The notes beneath the pieces are model-generated. The model did no database searches. It saw nothing but the letters and a program-made list of their open reading frames with translations, and was not told where the DNA came from. Below, one piece after another: positions 61,448 through 64,000 of a stretch of 64,000 nt of DNA (position 1 is its first letter; the number at the start of each line of letters is the position of its first letter). The stretch comes from a virus: the IMG/VR virus record IMGVR_UViG_3300050821_001428, positions 64,001 through 128,000 of that record; one strand, given 5' to 3'. Made by a program: the position numbers and the translations under genes.

Positions 61448-62338
61448 TTAGTGCATTGAAATTACAGCACGCGCTATGCGCTCACCGGCTGGGTCAATAG
61501 CTTCTTCAAGCTGTGCTACTCGATATCCGCCACCAAGCTCGTTAGTTAAGGATACAAGCTCCGCATGAACATCACTAATTGGACGATTACCAATATGCTG
61601 TTCTGTAGGAATAGAAGCAACCTTACCTGCGACATGCTTCCATGGATGATTTTCACGTACATGGGAGAATGCAGGCGCTCCAATTGGAGTGCCGCCAGGA
61701 GGAACCTCGCCAGGCTTCAAAGCCTTTTCGTGGATAATGTGCTGATCGCCAGGGGCACCATGAGCGGAGCCACCATCTGGGCCAGCCGATCCACCAATGC
61801 CAGGAGGCGGTGGTGGAACGTTATCAGGACCACCGGGACCGAGAGGGGGCATACCGCCACTCGGGTCAGATGGGTCACCGCCAAGAGCATCTGATGGATT
61901 AGGAATACCAAGACCCTGGAAGAGAGCATCAAGCATTTGAATAATCTGCTCTTCCTTACCGCCCTTGCCATCCTTACCCTTAGATTTGTCACCCTCAGAG
62001 TCTCCTTCGGATGGAGGACCTTCTAGACCTTCTGTATCCTCAGGGCTTTCGCCCTCTGGGGATGGTGGACCTTCGGACTCGGGAGCAGTGTCATTTGGAC
62101 CTTCGCTCTTTGGACCTGGGGCTTCTTCGGCTTGATCAGCAGGACCACCAAACGGTGAATCTGCATTAACTACTATTGCAGCTACCCAACGCCCCTCAAG
62201 CTGCTCAAGCGCATATGCAGCACCATTGGCAATCTTAGGACCAAACTTCTTGTTCTGGCGTAGTCCGGCCTCTGCTGCCTCGCGGGTAAATTCGCTGACT
62301 AGTGGACCTGGGACAAATTCTACGGAGTTTCCTGACAT
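61448..62338 (-). CDS. Pro/Gly/acidic low-complexity head-region protein
   Basis: Composition; position upstream of the protease. Confidence 0.6.
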   Translation of the reverse strand: MSGNSVEFVPGPLVSEFTREAAEAGLRQNKKFGPKIANGAAYALEQLEGRWVAAIVVNADSPFGGPADQAEEAPGPKSEGPNDTAPESEGPPSPEGESPEDTEGLEGPPSEGDSEGDKSKGKDGKGGKEEQIIQMLDALFQGLGIPNPSDALGGDPSDPSGGMPPLGPGGPDNVPPPPPGIGGSAGPDGGSAHGAPGDQHIIHEKALKPGEVPPGGTPIGAPAFSHVRENHPWKHVAGKVASIPTEQHIGNRPISDVHAELVSLTNELGGGYRVAQLEEAIDPAGERIARAVISMH

Positions 62339-62364
62339 ATCAAATCTTATCCTATTGTAAATCG

Positions 62365-62628
62365 TTATTTATTAGTCTTAGGCGAGAAAGGATTATAACT
62401 TCCGGGTAAATTCACTACCACCGGGCCAACTTCGCCATAGTTTCCATAGCGATTGTTATCTTCGTCCTTACTTAAACCTTGACGCTCTTCAGTTAGGGTA
62501 AAATGGCGTGGTTGCGCATAGCTCTGATTACCACTACATAATCCACATTCGGGTGCTGGACCACCATCACGGCCACAAATCGAACATTCTATATTAGAAG
62601 GTTCATTTGACTTGACTTGATCAGACAT
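62365..62628 (-). CDS. Small Zn-ribbon protein
   Basis: CSIC...CGLC; AAGGA RBS. Confidence 0.6.
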   Translation of the reverse strand: MSDQVKSNEPSNIECSICGRDGGPAPECGLCSGNQSYAQPRHFTLTEERQGLSKDEDNNRYGNYGEVGPVVVNLPGSYNPFSPKTNK

Positions 62629-62678
62629 ACTTTACTTTCCTTTTGATTGGGGTTTACTCGTTAATATACGGGAAAAGC

Positions 62679-63998
62679 CTAAAGGCCAAGAACAAGGTGT
62701 GAGTCAGGTACGTCCATCCCATTACCCTTGCGACGAGAGATATATTCTTCGTCCACGCGGTAATGAGTGTTATTCAGATCCAGTTGATCAAAATTACGTG
62801 CATGACCATGTTCATCAATCAGTGCCCGCTTCTCAGATTGACTGAAATTCTTACCGGCATTATGTTCCATCATTCCGCGTATAGATTGATTAGTTTCTAA
62901 TCTTTCACGAATCTCAGCTAAACGTGGATCACGGGTTGCGATCTCTCTGATATTTCTAGAAGCACCAGAAGTATCTCGCGCTTCACGATGTGCGGCCATC
63001 TCAGCGGCGAAACTATCGTCGTCGCCATTCATTAACCAATCTAATTGTGAATTACCCTGATGTGAACCATAGTCATTATCTTTGGTTTCCCATACAGCCG
63101 AGCATCGATAACACTCATGCATAGTCGTCGTAGGTGATGACATAAAATCGTTAGTATCATCACTGCCGCACTTATGACATGAACCATCATTGTTGTGAGC
63201 CGACGTTACACTATCATTAGGATACATATTTGTAGCCTCATCGGTGGTCGGTTCTGGGATTACATTGGCATTATCTAATGAGTGATTACCATGAGGTATC
63301 TCGTTATTGAAAGCTGCGCTGTTGGTAGCCGGTTCAAATGAATACTTACCGTTTTGTAGATCGCCTGGGCTAATTCTGAAATCAGCACTTGTACCGGCTA
63401 ACTGGAGTTGTAACTCTCCGGGCTTCTTAGCAACTACTGTAACCTCATCTGGGACAGGTACGCCAGCGGTATATAATGAATACTGATCGCCCTCTTGAAT
63501 TGGATGACCATTTGTATCTACCCAAGTACGCTGAGGATCTAGTGCCGGATTAGTTAGTGCTACCAACCTCATTTGGCTTTGGCGGGCATTCTTTTCATGT
63601 AGCGGGAAATCGCGCTGACAACTATGACAATGACCATGCTTATGATCATCCTCGCCATCTCCACCATCTAGGATTGAAGTAGTTGCCGAATCACAATAAG
63701 GGCAGCGATTAACAAGATTATTAGCATCGCCTGTATTAGCAATAACACCAGTATTAGATGGTAATTGTTTAATGTAACTCAATGTATATTGTGGGCCATA
63801 ATGGGTCAACATATCATCAATCTGATGCTGTACCGCCATCGGTAGGTTACGACGTAGGTCAGCAATTGACCTTAATACACTCATGTCACTGAAAGCCGAC
63901 ATTGGTTGCATTGGCTGTCCGCCACCACCACCGGGTTGTGAGGGGTCTATAACAGGCATCGCACCAGGAGCCGATGGCATAGCACCAGGCGGCGCAGG
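62679..63998 (-). CDS. Head-region protein with two Zn ribbons (5'-truncated)
   Basis: The frame stays open to the window edge; CPYC..CHSC and CHKC..CYRC. Confidence 0.6.
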   Translation of the reverse strand, partial: PAPPGAMPSAPGAMPVIDPSQPGGGGGQPMQPMSAFSDMSVLRSIADLRRNLPMAVQHQIDDMLTHYGPQYTLSYIKQLPSNTGVIANTGDANNLVNRCPYCDSATTSILDGGDGEDDHKHGHCHSCQRDFPLHEKNARQSQMRLVALTNPALDPQRTWVDTNGHPIQEGDQYSLYTAGVPVPDEVTVVAKKPGELQLQLAGTSADFRISPGDLQNGKYSFEPATNSAAFNNEIPHGNHSLDNANVIPEPTTDEATNMYPNDSVTSAHNNDGSCHKCGSDDTNDFMSSPTTTMHECYRCSAVWETKDNDYGSHQGNSQLDWLMNGDDDSFAAEMAAHREARDTSGASRNIREIATRDPRLAEIRERLETNQSIRGMMEHNAGKNFSQSEKRALIDEHGHARNFDQLDLNNTHYRVDEEYISRRKGNGMDVPDSHLVLGL

Positions 63999-64000
63999 TT

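Noticed and set aside
1-64000. Stop-codon reassignment
   Set aside because: Genes are full-length and densely packed under the standard code, and all three stop codons end genes.

Overview
A 64-kb stretch of a large lytic-type myovirus (contractile-tailed dsDNA phage) genome, roughly 40-45% GC by eye. From recalled sequence (no search run), its major capsid and decoration proteins resemble those of the Bxz1/cluster-C mycobacteriophage and Rhodococcus E3 group, so an actinobacterial host is likely. Bases 1-12044 (+) form a replication/recombination block: probable SSB, RNase H, DnaE, RecA, resolvase, PD-(D/E)XK nuclease, EndoVII, a sigma-region-4 protein and an SNF2 helicase. Bases 12041-64000 are mainly a minus-strand virion operon: head proteins, an intein-containing protease/scaffold, MCP, a collagen/beta-helix fibre beside a glycosyltransferase, neck, sheath, tube, a frameshifting tail chaperone, tape measure and baseplate. 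Several plus-strand cassettes interrupt it, often with their own leaderless sigma-A-type promoters. The most notable observations are an HNH endonuclease fused in one ORF to a Mom-type DNA-modification domain, an antisense membrane-protein gene overlapping the frameshift-extended tail chaperone, an intein splitting a Zn ribbon, two sharp high-GC in-frame patches in the fibre gene, and a candidate late-promoter motif (TTTT-N16-TRAT). No CRISPR array, rRNA or convincing tRNA was seen.
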